NCBI GenBank assembly: GCA_963782055.1
Contig: CAWAIF010000003.1
Coordinates: 4,704,001 to 4,768,000 of the forward strand
DNA: 64,000 bases
Direction: 5' to 3'
DNA from: an uncultured delta proteobacterium
GTDB taxonomy: Bacteria > Myxococcota_A > Polyangia > Polyangiales > Polyangiaceae
In this document: positions 19,499-29,034 of the stretch, in pieces
How the letters are laid out: every line of letters starts with the position of its first letter
Position numbering within the stretch: the first letter of the stretch is position 1
The notes under the pieces: generated by a model
What the model saw: the letters and a program-made list of their open reading frames with translations, nothing else
The model's database searches: none
Told to the model about the DNA's origin: nothing
Translations under genes and position numbers: made by a program

Positions 19499-20704
19499 AT
19501 GAGCTCCCCCATCCCCAGCCCCACGCCATCCTCACGGCCACGACGCCTGACGCAGCCGCCGTGGGGCTACGGCGCCGACCGCGTGACGGCCGCCGTCGTC
19601 GATCCCGACCGCCTCTACGTGTGCTGGGAGGTGACCGACGTCGCGATCGACCGCGCGGCCGTGGCGCTGGGCCACGGTGCGGAGGGCGCCGCGCTCGTCT
19701 TGCGCGTCCACGACACCACCGGACGCCTCTTCGACGGTCACAACGCGCACCACTTCTTCGATCACCGCGTGGAGCGCTCCGACCGGCAGTGGTTCTTCAC
19801 CGTCAACCGGCCCACGTCCACCGCGGTGGTGGAGCTGGGCCTCCGGGGCGGCGACGGGCGCTTCGTCCGGATCGCCCGCTCCAGGCGCGTCGACTTCCCG
19901 CGCAAGCACGCGGCGCCCTGGCGCGATCCGGAGTGGATGACGGTGCGGGCGGGCGGGGCGATCGAGCGCGGCGGGACCGGAGTGCCGTCACGCGCGGCGC
20001 CGCCCGTCCCGGGCGGCGGAGGCGCACACGACGAGCCCGCGGCGCACTTCGCGCCCATCCCCCTCTGGGTGCTGCACGACCTGCGCGAGACCTTCCACAT
20101 CGACGGTGACGCCCAGGGCGGCTGGGAGGTGTGGGAGACGTCGTGGCAGTGGAGCACCATCGCCGGCTGGCTCGATCCGGTGTGGACGGCGAGCTGGACG
20201 GCGGGCCCATTCGACTACCCCGTGGAGGTCGGCCCCCCCTTCTCCGAGTCGTGGCACGGGCGGCCCATCGCCTACCGCGTCGGCGGCGTGACGCACGTGA
20301 TCGACGGCCCGTGGCAGGTCGTGGTCAACAACCTCGGCGCCTTCCGCGAGGGCACGGTGGTGTCGCGATGGGAGATGGCGCGCTCGTGGGTGGTCGGCGC
20401 GGCGCAGGAGCGGCGCGTCACCGGCTGGACGCTCCCGGCGAAGGCAGGCGCCTCCGAGCACCGGGCCGGGGCGAGCGAACGAGCGTGGCTCTCCGGCAGC
20501 GAGCTGCGACTCGGCGGCGCCAGCGAGCGCTTCCGCCTCGGCGCGAGCGAGCTGCGCTTCGGCGGCGCCAGCGAGCGCCTCTTCGCCGGCGCGAGCGAGC
20601 GGCGCCTGGGCGGCGCGAGCGAGCGGCGCCTGGGCGGCGCGAGCGAGGTCCGGCTGGCCGCGGGCAGTGAATCCCGGCTCGCGTCCCCTTACCCGGAGTG
20701 GTGA
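19499..20704 (+). CDS. DUF4912-domain protein with C-terminal GASE repeats
   Basis: PWGYGADRV.AAVVDPDRLYVCWEV, LVLRVHD, ELG...G.F..IARS; lies upstream of the GH57 and glgA genes. Confidence 0.8.
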   Translation: MSSPIPSPTPSSRPRRLTQPPWGYGADRVTAAVVDPDRLYVCWEVTDVAIDRAAVALGHGAEGAALVLRVHDTTGRLFDGHNAHHFFDHRVERSDRQWFFTVNRPTSTAVVELGLRGGDGRFVRIARSRRVDFPRKHAAPWRDPEWMTVRAGGAIERGGTGVPSRAAPPVPGGGGAHDEPAAHFAPIPLWVLHDLRETFHIDGDAQGGWEVWETSWQWSTIAGWLDPVWTASWTAGPFDYPVEVGPPFSESWHGRPIAYRVGGVTHVIDGPWQVVVNNLGAFREGTVVSRWEMARSWVVGAAQERRVTGWTLPAKAGASEHRAGASERAWLSGSELRLGGASERFRLGASELRFGGASERLFAGASERRLGGASERRLGGASEVRLAAGSESRLASPYPEW

Positions 20705-20707
20705 TCC

Positions 20708-22291
20708 ATGGCCCAGGGTTACTTCGCGCTCGTCCTGCACGCCCACCTGCCCTTCGTCCGTCACCCGGAGGACCCGACCGTGATGGAGGAGCGCTGGCTC
20801 TACGAGGCGATCACCGGCACGTACCTCCCGCTGCTGCAGGTGTTCGAGGGCCTCGTCGCCGACGGCATCCCCTTCCGCGTCACCGTCTCCATCTCGGCCC
20901 CGCTGCTCACCATGCTCACCGACGACCTGCTCAAGCAGCGTTACGCCGAGCACCTGGACGACCTCATCGCGCTCGCCGACAAGGAGCTGGCGCGCACGGG
21001 GCCGGAGCCGCACTACCACCGCCTCGCGCGGATGTACCGCGACCGCTTCGAGTCGCTGCGCAGGACGTGGCGTGCCCACGAGGGGGACCTGGTGCGGGCG
21101 TTCCGCAGCCTCCAGGAGGCGGGGCGGGTGGAGGTCATCACCTCGACGGCGACCCACGCCTTCTTCCCCATGATGGACAGGAACTGGGCAGCGATGCGCG
21201 TGCAGGTCCACGCCGCCGCGCAGCTCTACGAGCGCCACTTCGGCGCGCGGCCGCGCGGCATGTGGCTGGGGGAGTGCGGCTACGTCCCCGGGTGCGACGA
21301 GCTCCTGCGCGAGGCGGGCGTCCGCTACTTCGTCGTCGACACCCACGCGCTGCTGCTCGCCGACCGCCCGCCGCTCTACGGCGTGCACGCGCCGGTCTAC
21401 TGCCCGAGCGGCGTCGCCGCCTTCGCCCGCGACACCGAGTCGTCGGAGCAGGTGTGGAGCGCGAAGGAGGGCTACCCCGGCGACCCGCACTACCGCGACT
21501 TCTACCGGGACATCGGCTTCGACCTGCCGATGGACTACATCGGGCCGCACGTGCACCCGGACGGGATCCGCATGTACACCGGCTTCAAGTACCACGCGAT
21601 CACCCACGACAAGCTGCACGACAAGTGGGTCTACGACCCCGACATCGCCCGCGGGCGCGCCGGCCTGCACGCGTCGCACTTCCGCGGCAACCGGGAGAAG
21701 CAGATCGCCGCGCTCGCCGCCGGGATGGACCGGCCGCCCCTCGTCGTCAGCCCGTACGACGCCGAGCTCTACGGCCACTGGTGGTACGAGGGACCGCTCT
21801 TCCTGGGCGATCTCTTCCGGCAGCTCCACCACGATCAGGACGTGGTGGAGCCCATCACCCCCGGCGACTACCTGGATCGCCACCCGACCAACCAGATCGC
21901 CACCCCCAGCCTCTCGTCGTGGGGCGAGAAGGGCTACGCCTCGTACTGGTGCAACGAGTCCAACGCGTGGACGTACCGCCACGTGCACGTCGCCGCGGAG
22001 CGGATGGTGGAGCTGGCCCGCCGGCGTCCGGACGCGACGGCCGTGGAGCGGCGCGCCCTCGACCAGGCGGCGCGCGAGCTGCTGCTCGCGCAGTCCAGCG
22101 ACTGGCCCTTCATCATGACCACCGGGACCACGGTCCCCTACGCCACCCGGCGCTTCAACGATCACATCGTGCGCTTCACCAACCTCTACCACGCCCTCAC
22201 GGCCGGCGCGGTGGACGAGGCCTACGTGCGCGACCTGGAGGCCGCCGACAACGTCTTCCCCGACCTCGACTACAGGATGTACGCCACGTGA
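20708..22291 (+). CDS. GH57 1,4-alpha-glucan branching enzyme (DUF1957)
   Basis: VLHAHLPFVRHP, WLGECGY, PYDAELYGHWWYEG, ARELLLAQSSDWPFI. Confidence 0.93.
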   Translation: MAQGYFALVLHAHLPFVRHPEDPTVMEERWLYEAITGTYLPLLQVFEGLVADGIPFRVTVSISAPLLTMLTDDLLKQRYAEHLDDLIALADKELARTGPEPHYHRLARMYRDRFESLRRTWRAHEGDLVRAFRSLQEAGRVEVITSTATHAFFPMMDRNWAAMRVQVHAAAQLYERHFGARPRGMWLGECGYVPGCDELLREAGVRYFVVDTHALLLADRPPLYGVHAPVYCPSGVAAFARDTESSEQVWSAKEGYPGDPHYRDFYRDIGFDLPMDYIGPHVHPDGIRMYTGFKYHAITHDKLHDKWVYDPDIARGRAGLHASHFRGNREKQIAALAAGMDRPPLVVSPYDAELYGHWWYEGPLFLGDLFRQLHHDQDVVEPITPGDYLDRHPTNQIATPSLSSWGEKGYASYWCNESNAWTYRHVHVAAERMVELARRRPDATAVERRALDQAARELLLAQSSDWPFIMTTGTTVPYATRRFNDHIVRFTNLYHALTAGAVDEAYVRDLEAADNVFPDLDYRMYAT

Positions 22292-23769
22292 ACGACCGGC
22301 CGCTCAAGGTGCTCTTCGTCTCCTCGGAGGTGGCGCCCTTCGCCAAGACCGGAGGGCTCGCCGACGTGTCCGGCGCGCTCCCCAAGGCGCTGCGCGCGCG
22401 GGGCGTGGACGTGCGCGTGGTGACGCCGCTGTACGCGGGCATGAACTGGGACGCGCAGGAGAAGCTGGACGGCGCGCTCGACGTGCCGATGTGGTGGGGC
22501 ACGGCGAGCGCGGGCGTCCGCCTGGGCGCGCTGCCCGGCAGCGAGGTGCCGGTCTACTTCCTGGAGTACAACCGCTACTTCGACAGGCCGCACCTCTACG
22601 GCCCCCCCGGCGACGCGTACGCCGACAACGTGGAGCGATTCACCTTCCTCTCCCGCGGCGCGCTGGAGGCGTCCAAGGCGCTCGGCTTCTTCCCCGACGT
22701 CATCCACGCCAACGACTGGCAGACGGCGCTGGTGCCGGTCTTCGTCGACACGGTGGAGTGGGGCAAGCCCCTGCACGCGGTGCCGACGGTCTACACCATC
22801 CACAACCTGGCCTATCAGGGCGTGACCGACGGCGGCGCCACCTTCGTCACCGGGCTGGGCGGCGAGCACTACAACGCCGGCGAGCTGGAGCACTTCGGCG
22901 CCCTCAACCTGACCAAGGCGGCGCTCCGCCACGGCACGATGCTGACCACGGTGAGCCCCACCTACGCGCGGGAGATCCAGTCGCCGGAGCACGGCTTCGG
23001 CCTGGACGGCGTGCTGCGCGAGCGCGGCGGCGATCTGGTCGGCATCCTCAACGGCATCGACACCGGGACGTGGGACCCGTCGAGCGACCCGCACCTGCCG
23101 GCGCGCTTCGAGCGGGGACGACTGGAGGGCAAGGACGCCTGCAAGGAGGCGCTGCAGGCCGAGGCAGGCTTCCCAATGCGCGCGGACGTCCCGCTCTTCG
23201 GGGCGATCGGCCGGCTCACCGCGCAGAAGGGCTACGACGTGCTCGCGCACTGCATGGACCGCGTGCTCGGGTGGGACCTGCAGTTCGTCCTGCTCGGCTC
23301 CGGCGACGCCGACGCGCAGCGCTACTTCGAGGGCCTCGCGGCGCGGCGGCCGGACAAGTTCCGCGCGTGGCTGCGCTTCGACGACGGCCTCGCGCACCGC
23401 ATCGAGGCCGGCGCCGACTTCTTCGTCATGCCCTCGCGCTACGAGCCGTGCGGGCTCAACCAGATGTACAGCCTCCGCTACGGGACGCTGCCGGTCGTGC
23501 GCGCCACCGGCGGCCTGCGCGACACCGTGCAGAGCTACCGCGAGGACACCGGCGACGGCACCGGCTTCGTCTTCCAGGACCTCTCGCCGGAGGCGCTGGC
23601 CAACACCATGGGCTGGGCGCTCTCGACCTACTACCAGCGCCGCGCCCACGTGCGCGAGATGCGCCGGCGCGCCATGGAGCAAGACTTCTCCTGGGCGGGG
23701 GCGGCGGAGGCCTACGACCACCTCTACCGCGACGCCTACCGCCGCCGCCGCGGCCACGACTTCGCCTGA
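22288..23769 (+). CDS. glgA: Glycogen synthase
   Basis: SEVAPFAKTGGLADV, HANDWQT, TIHNLAYQG, MPSRYEPCGLNQ; GTG start overlaps the GH57 stop. Confidence 0.95.
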   Translation: MNDRPLKVLFVSSEVAPFAKTGGLADVSGALPKALRARGVDVRVVTPLYAGMNWDAQEKLDGALDVPMWWGTASAGVRLGALPGSEVPVYFLEYNRYFDRPHLYGPPGDAYADNVERFTFLSRGALEASKALGFFPDVIHANDWQTALVPVFVDTVEWGKPLHAVPTVYTIHNLAYQGVTDGGATFVTGLGGEHYNAGELEHFGALNLTKAALRHGTMLTTVSPTYAREIQSPEHGFGLDGVLRERGGDLVGILNGIDTGTWDPSSDPHLPARFERGRLEGKDACKEALQAEAGFPMRADVPLFGAIGRLTAQKGYDVLAHCMDRVLGWDLQFVLLGSGDADAQRYFEGLAARRPDKFRAWLRFDDGLAHRIEAGADFFVMPSRYEPCGLNQMYSLRYGTLPVVRATGGLRDTVQSYREDTGDGTGFVFQDLSPEALANTMGWALSTYYQRRAHVREMRRRAMEQDFSWAGAAEAYDHLYRDAYRRRRGHDFA

Positions 23770-23849
23770 CGCCGCGCAACGGATTCGTCTCGACGCAAGG
23801 ATCGCCGCCCCCGGCGTCGCGCCGCGCGGACTGCGCGCCCGAAACACGA

Positions 23850-23865
23850 CGGCACGGCCCCTGCT
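23850..23865 (+). promoter_or_regulatory. Candidate sigma54 promoter of the CBS gene
   Basis: CGGCACGGCCCCTGCT (GG-N10-GC), followed by a GGAGG RBS and ATG. Confidence 0.55.
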
Positions 23866-23898
23866 TCGATCGGCCACAGACACCAAGCCCTGGAGGCC

Positions 23899-24354
23899 AT
23901 GATGATCGCCGCAGACGTGATGACGTCGAACCCACGCACCATCCGCGACACCGACACGATCGCGGACGCGGTCGAGGCACTGCAGCTGGCGGACGTACGC
24001 CACCTCCCTGTCGTCAACGAGCAGGACGAGCTGATCGGCATGCTCAGCGACCGGGATCTCGGCTCCCTCATGCGCACCTTCATGGAGAACGGCGACGCCG
24101 AGCGCATGGTGCCCGCCCTCTCCCAGCGCCTGGTGAGCCAGATGATGAGCGCCGACGTCGTGTGCGTCGACCTCGACGCGGACGTGACGAGCATCGCCGA
24201 GACCATGCTGGAGCAGCGCATCGGCGCCGTGCCGGTCGTGGACGGCGAGGGCGCGGTCGTCGGCATCGTCAGCTACGTCGACATCCTGCGCTCGGTGGTC
24301 CTCGGCGAGGAGAGCCCGGAGGGAGAGACTCCCCGGGCTACCGCGCGCGCCTGA
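23899..24354 (+). CDS. CBS-domain pair protein
   Basis: DVMT..P, HLPVVN..LIGMLSDRDL, GAVPVVD..VVGIVSYVDIL. Confidence 0.9.
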   Translation: MMIAADVMTSNPRTIRDTDTIADAVEALQLADVRHLPVVNEQDELIGMLSDRDLGSLMRTFMENGDAERMVPALSQRLVSQMMSADVVCVDLDADVTSIAETMLEQRIGAVPVVDGEGAVVGIVSYVDILRSVVLGEESPEGETPRATARA

Positions 24355-24412
24355 GCGCACGGCGCCACCGGAGTGACTCGGCTTCGGCGGGGACATCCTC
24401 TATTCTTCGTGC

Positions 24413-25759
24413 ATGTCGCTGCCGCCCGGTCCGGACTCCCTGCCGGCGATCCAGATGCTCCGCTGGATCCGCAAGCCCTTCGAGCTGCTGGAGGAGTGCC
24501 ACGCGCGCTACGGCGACGTCTTCACCCTGCGCTTCCCCGGCTTCCCTGGCGCGCTGGTGACCGTCTCCGACCCGCTGGTGATCAAGGAGCTCTTCGGCCT
24601 CGGTCCCGACGCCGCGCACGCGGGGGAGGCGAACGTGATGCTCGAGCCCTTCGTCGGCAAGCGCTCGCTGCTGCTGCTCGACGGCGCCGACCACCTGCGC
24701 CAGCGCAAGATGATGCTCCCGGCCTTCCACGGCGAGCGCATGCAGGCATACGGCCGCGCGATGATGGACCTCACGCACGACTCCATCGACGCCTGGCCCG
24801 TCGGCCACCCCTTCCCCGTCCACAAGCGCACGCAGGCCATCACCCTGCAGGTCATCGTGCGCACCGTCTTCGGCGTGGAGGAGGGCCCGCGCTTCACCGA
24901 GCTCGCCGAGGTGCTCACGCGGGCGCTGGACGTGAGCGCCTGGCCCCCCTTGCTCTTCCCCTTCATGCAGCACGATCTCGGTCCCCTCAGCCCGTGGGGA
25001 CGCTGGCTGCGCCTCAAGCAGCGCATGGGCGCCCTCCTCACCGCGGAGATCCGCCACGCCAGGGCCAACGGCGTCGCCGGACGCAACGACGTGCTGGCGA
25101 TGCTCATCCAGGCGCGCGACGAGCGCGGCCGCCCCCTGACCGAGGAGGAGGTGCACGACGAGCTGGTGACGCTTTTGGTCGCCGGCCACGAGACGACCGC
25201 CACCTCCCTCGCCTGGGCCCTGCGCTGGATCCTCCCCGATCGCGATCTCACCGAGCGCCTGCTCGCGGAGATTGCCACCGCGGGCGACGACCCGGCGAAG
25301 GTCGCCCGGCTGGAGCTGCTGGACGCGACCGCGCGCGAGACCCTGCGCCTGCAGCCGGTGATCCCGATGGTCGGGCGCGTCCTCCAGGAGCCGCGCAGGG
25401 TGCGTGACTGGGAGCTGCCGCGCGGCATCCTCGTGGCGCCGTCCATCTACCTCGTCCACCGCCGGCCGTCGCTCTACCCCGAGCCGGATCGCTTCCACCC
25501 CGAGCGCTTCCGGACCTTCCGCCCCGCGGCCTGGGAGTTTCTCCCCTTCGGCGGTGGCCTTCGCAAGTGCGTCGGCGCCACCTTCGCCATCTACGAGATG
25601 AAGATGGTGCTCGCGGCGATGCTCCCGCGCGTCTCCATGCGCCTGGCGAGCGACGACGTGCACGTCAGCCGCCGCAGCATCACCCTCACCCCCTCCGGAG
25701 GCCTGCCGATCGTCGTTCGCCGCAAGCGCCCCCGCCCCGGCGTGGCGAACGCCGCCTAG
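24413..25759 (+). CDS. Cytochrome P450
   Basis: AGHETT I-helix, ETLR, PERF, FGGGLRKCVG heme-thiolate motif. Confidence 0.95.
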   Translation: MSLPPGPDSLPAIQMLRWIRKPFELLEECHARYGDVFTLRFPGFPGALVTVSDPLVIKELFGLGPDAAHAGEANVMLEPFVGKRSLLLLDGADHLRQRKMMLPAFHGERMQAYGRAMMDLTHDSIDAWPVGHPFPVHKRTQAITLQVIVRTVFGVEEGPRFTELAEVLTRALDVSAWPPLLFPFMQHDLGPLSPWGRWLRLKQRMGALLTAEIRHARANGVAGRNDVLAMLIQARDERGRPLTEEEVHDELVTLLVAGHETTATSLAWALRWILPDRDLTERLLAEIATAGDDPAKVARLELLDATARETLRLQPVIPMVGRVLQEPRRVRDWELPRGILVAPSIYLVHRRPSLYPEPDRFHPERFRTFRPAAWEFLPFGGGLRKCVGATFAIYEMKMVLAAMLPRVSMRLASDDVHVSRRSITLTPSGGLPIVVRRKRPRPGVANAA

Positions 25760-25784
25760 CCTCGGCTCTCCTCTCGCGCCCCCC

Positions 25785-27266
25785 CTACCGCTTCACGCCC
25801 TTCTTCCCCTCCCCCTTCCCCGGCGCCCCCGGCGCGACCGCCCCCTTCACCGCGCTCACCGCCTCCTCGATCGCCTTCAAGCTCGTCGCCCCCGCCAGCA
25901 CGAACAGCATCCCGTAGGTGTCGATCCCCGCCGGATCCAGCCGCGGCGGCCGCACGTACGCGTTCGGCGCGAGCGACTGCCCCCAGCCGTAATAGATCTG
26001 CGCTCCCAGGAGCAGCGTCCCGCCCCGCTGGTGCGAGCCGATGCCGAACGACCAGAAGATCCGCTGGATCTGCGAGGGAGCGGCCCCGCTGTCGGAGATG
26101 GAGTCCACGGCCGACAGGTCCGTCCCGAACCCCCCCAGCACGCTGAAGTGCGGCCGGACGAACACCTCCGCCCCGACGCCCGCGTTGAACGCCGGCTGGT
26201 AGCGCGTGGTGAGCGTGCGCGCAGCGGTCGCGGCGGCGCCGGCCGACTGCACCTGGGTACCGGTGGTGTCGAGCACCAGCGGGTCGCCGTCGGCGAGCGC
26301 GAGCTGCGCGTCCAGCTCCACCGTGCCGGTGCTCCACTGGTAGCCCACGCCGAGCCCGAAGCGCGTCGGCGCGCGCGCGTGGAAGCCGCCCGAGCCGACG
26401 TACGTCGTGGACGATGTCTCCGCCGTGCTGGCGAACTGCACGTAGCGGTTCATGTTGCCGCGTCCGTACACCGAGAGGTCCGGCGTCTGCACGCTCGCGC
26501 CGATGGTGAAGCTGCCGACGCCGAGCGTGGCGCCGAAGAGCCCGCTCAGCCCGAAGTCGGTCCCGCTCGCCCCCGACTGGAAGGCGCTGGAGGTGACCGG
26601 CAGCGTCCCGCCCGTCGTCGTCGTCCCCACCCCGTAGATGGTGCTGTAGTCGGTGAAGGTCCCGTGGACGGACGCGCCGAGTGCCAGCGAGTCGGTCACG
26701 TCGACCGCGTAGGTGGGCGCCACCACGAAGCGCTGCCAGTTGGTGCGGATGGAGCTGGACTGCAGCGTGGAGCGATCGGCGGAGGACGCCTTGTAGCCCT
26801 GGCCGACCCAGTCGAAGGAGGCGCGCTCCGTCGCCCCGAGGCAGGTGGCGAGCTGCTGCCGCCCCGCGTGGCCTTCCTTCGCGCTGCCGATGCGTGGCAG
26901 CCCGAAGAAGAGGCAGAACGTCGAGGGCACGGCGTTGCCGGAGACGCGCGTGATGGTGGCGTCGGAGCTGCGCGGGACGTTGCCGTAGGTCGCCGCGTCC
27001 ACCTGCCCGGGCACGTACCAGTTGGAGGCGTGGGTGATGTCCAGCGACACGAAGTTCAGCGAGAGCGCCAGCGAGGAGTCCACCCGCACCACGGTGGCGG
27101 GGTTGAGGAAGGGCGCAGCCCCGTCGTTGCCCAGCGCCACGCCGGTGTTGCCCATGAGCGCCGAGCGGCCTCCGGTGGGGGCGGAGCGGTAGTTCCCCTG
27201 CGCCAGGGCGGTCCGGGTGCCGAGCAGGAGGAGCAGGACGATGGCCCCCAGCACGAACCGCCGCAT
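25785..27266 (-). CDS. Outer-membrane beta-barrel protein, OmpP1/FadL-like
   Basis: Signal peptide, GGRSALMG..GVA...DG.A.F.NPA plug motif, amphipathic beta strands. Confidence 0.65.
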   Translation of the reverse strand: MRRFVLGAIVLLLLLGTRTALAQGNYRSAPTGGRSALMGNTGVALGNDGAAPFLNPATVVRVDSSLALSLNFVSLDITHASNWYVPGQVDAATYGNVPRSSDATITRVSGNAVPSTFCLFFGLPRIGSAKEGHAGRQQLATCLGATERASFDWVGQGYKASSADRSTLQSSSIRTNWQRFVVAPTYAVDVTDSLALGASVHGTFTDYSTIYGVGTTTTGGTLPVTSSAFQSGASGTDFGLSGLFGATLGVGSFTIGASVQTPDLSVYGRGNMNRYVQFASTAETSSTTYVGSGGFHARAPTRFGLGVGYQWSTGTVELDAQLALADGDPLVLDTTGTQVQSAGAAATAARTLTTRYQPAFNAGVGAEVFVRPHFSVLGGFGTDLSAVDSISDSGAAPSQIQRIFWSFGIGSHQRGGTLLLGAQIYYGWGQSLAPNAYVRPPRLDPAGIDTYGMLFVLAGATSLKAIEEAVSAVKGAVAPGAPGKGEGKKGVKR

Positions 27267-27333
27267 GACCCACTGATAGCCCAACTCCGGCCGACGCACG
27301 GCTGAGTCTGCGGGTCCCCGCCCCGCCAGCCCT

Positions 27334-27366
27334 CTTTTCGGTAACTTCCGGGGCGCGGTGGCTCAC
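27334..27366 (+). promoter_or_regulatory. Candidate autoregulatory ECF promoter, module 1
   Basis: CTTTTCGGTAAC-N16-CTCAC; repeated at 30876-30908. Confidence 0.7.
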
Positions 27367-27375
27367 AATGTCCAG

Positions 27376-27966
27376 GTGGGTCTCCCTGCACGCCTCCGCA
27401 CCGACGACATCGACCTCGCGCGCCGCTGCGCCGCCGGGGATCGGGCCGCCCAGCGCGACGTCTTCCAGCACCAGAAGGCGCGCGTCCACGCGACGCTCTA
27501 CCGGATCCTCGGGTCCAACGCCGAGATCGACGACCTCCTCCAGGAGACCTTCATCGAGATCTTCCGCTCGCTGGGCGGCTTCCGCGGCGAGGCGCTCCTG
27601 TCCACCTGGGTGGATCGCATCGCGGTGCGCGTCGCCTTCGCCTACATCCGGCGCCGGCGGCACGACGTGCGCCTGTCGCTGGTCCCGGAGATGGCCTCCG
27701 GCGACGCCTCCGCGGAGGACCGCGCCCTCGCCCGGGAGGCGGCGCGCCGCCTCTACGCGATCCTGGACAAGGTCGAGACGAACCAGCGCATCGCCTTCAC
27801 GCTGCACGTGGTCGACGGCCGCCCGCTGGAGGAGGTCGCCAGGATCATGGGCGCCACCACGGTGACCACCAAGGTGCGGGCATGGCGCGCCGCGCGCCTC
27901 GTCGAGAAGCGCGCCAAGCACGACCCGCTGCTCGCGCAGTTCGTGCCCAGCCAGGAGGGAAAGTGA
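27376..27966 (+). CDS. ECF RNA polymerase sigma factor (module 1)
   Basis: DDLLQETFI..FRSL..FRG...LSTW (region 2); R.AF.L..VDG..LEEVA..MG...T.K.R (region 4). GTG 27376 preferred because 27358 lies inside the promoter motif. Confidence 0.9.
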   Translation: MGLPARLRTDDIDLARRCAAGDRAAQRDVFQHQKARVHATLYRILGSNAEIDDLLQETFIEIFRSLGGFRGEALLSTWVDRIAVRVAFAYIRRRRHDVRLSLVPEMASGDASAEDRALAREAARRLYAILDKVETNQRIAFTLHVVDGRPLEEVARIMGATTVTTKVRAWRAARLVEKRAKHDPLLAQFVPSQEGK

Positions 27967-27968
27967 CC

Positions 27969-28964
27969 ATGCCTCGCCGTCCGGACCTGGAACCCCTGAG
28001 CGCGGCGCGCTGGGCGCGCGTCGAGCGTGAGCTCTTCGACCGCCTGGACCGCGAGGAGGCCTCGCCGCAGCCGGAGACGGCCCCCGCGCGCCGCACCGCC
28101 CTGCGGACCATGACCGGCCTGATGCTGGCGGGCGCCGCCGCGGCAATCGTGGGCGCGGTCTCCTGGGAGGCGCTGCGCCCGTCGCACGCGGCGACGGCGG
28201 GCGTGTCGCGCGTCGCCACCGAGGGGAGCGCGTCGCACGTGGAGTTCGGCGAGGCGAGCCTGGACGTCGGCCCGCACTCCGCCGTGCTGCTGGAGGGCGA
28301 CGCGGCCGGGGGCGTGACTGTCCTGCTCGATCACGGCGACGTGGAGTGCGAGGTCGCCCCGCGCAAGGCGCGCCCGCCCTTCGTGGTTCGCTCCGGCGAG
28401 GTGAGCGTGCGGGTGGTCGGCACGCGCTTCCACGTCACCCGCACCGGAGACGCCACGCGCGTGGAGGTGGAGCGCGGCACGGTGGAGGTGGACGAGCACG
28501 ATCAGAGGACGTTCGTGCACAACGGCGAGACCTGGCCGGCGCCTCCCGCGCCGCCGGCCGCCGCCACCGCGGGCGCGGCGCCCGGGCGCGGCGCCGCCGC
28601 GAGCCCGCCGCCGACGCGCGCTCTGCACTCCGGGTCGACGCCGCTCGGCGCGGAGGCTGCCTGGGCTTCGCCGCCTCCTCCGAGCGCAACCGCCGCCGCG
28701 CCACCGCGACCGTCACCGCGCGAGCGCTACGAGCAGGCCCTGCGGACGGAGACGAGCCAGCCCGACACGTCGCTCGCGACGTATCGAGAGCTCGCCCAGG
28801 GTACGGGGCCGTGGGCCATGAACGCGCTCTTCGCCGAGGGCCGGCTGGAGTCGGAGCGCGGGCACAACGCCGAGGCCACCCGCCTGCTCGACGAGTACCT
28901 GCTGCGCTTCCCCACCGGCCCCAACGCCGAGGACGCGCGCCAGCTCCGCGCAAGGCTGGAGTAG
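27969..28964 (+). CDS. FecR-domain anti-sigma factor with C-terminal TPR-like helices
   Basis: TM segment, V.VVGTRF.V...VEVERG.VEV FecR motif, Pro linker, YLLRFPTGPNAEDA tail. Confidence 0.82.
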   Translation: MPRRPDLEPLSAARWARVERELFDRLDREEASPQPETAPARRTALRTMTGLMLAGAAAAIVGAVSWEALRPSHAATAGVSRVATEGSASHVEFGEASLDVGPHSAVLLEGDAAGGVTVLLDHGDVECEVAPRKARPPFVVRSGEVSVRVVGTRFHVTRTGDATRVEVERGTVEVDEHDQRTFVHNGETWPAPPAPPAAATAGAAPGRGAAASPPPTRALHSGSTPLGAEAAWASPPPPSATAAAPPRPSPRERYEQALRTETSQPDTSLATYRELAQGTGPWAMNALFAEGRLESERGHNAEATRLLDEYLLRFPTGPNAEDARQLRARLE

Positions 28965-29034
28965 GATGGCCCGCAGGGCGACGCCCCTTGCCCGGCGCCG
29001 CACCGCGCCGCACCCGCGGCGCCGCCCTCCTTCC

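Noticed and set aside
20698..22287. Apparent 1023-aa GlgA fusion
   Set aside because: The N-terminal half is an off-frame Arg/Pro-rich shadow over the GH57 gene; GlgA starts at GTG 22288
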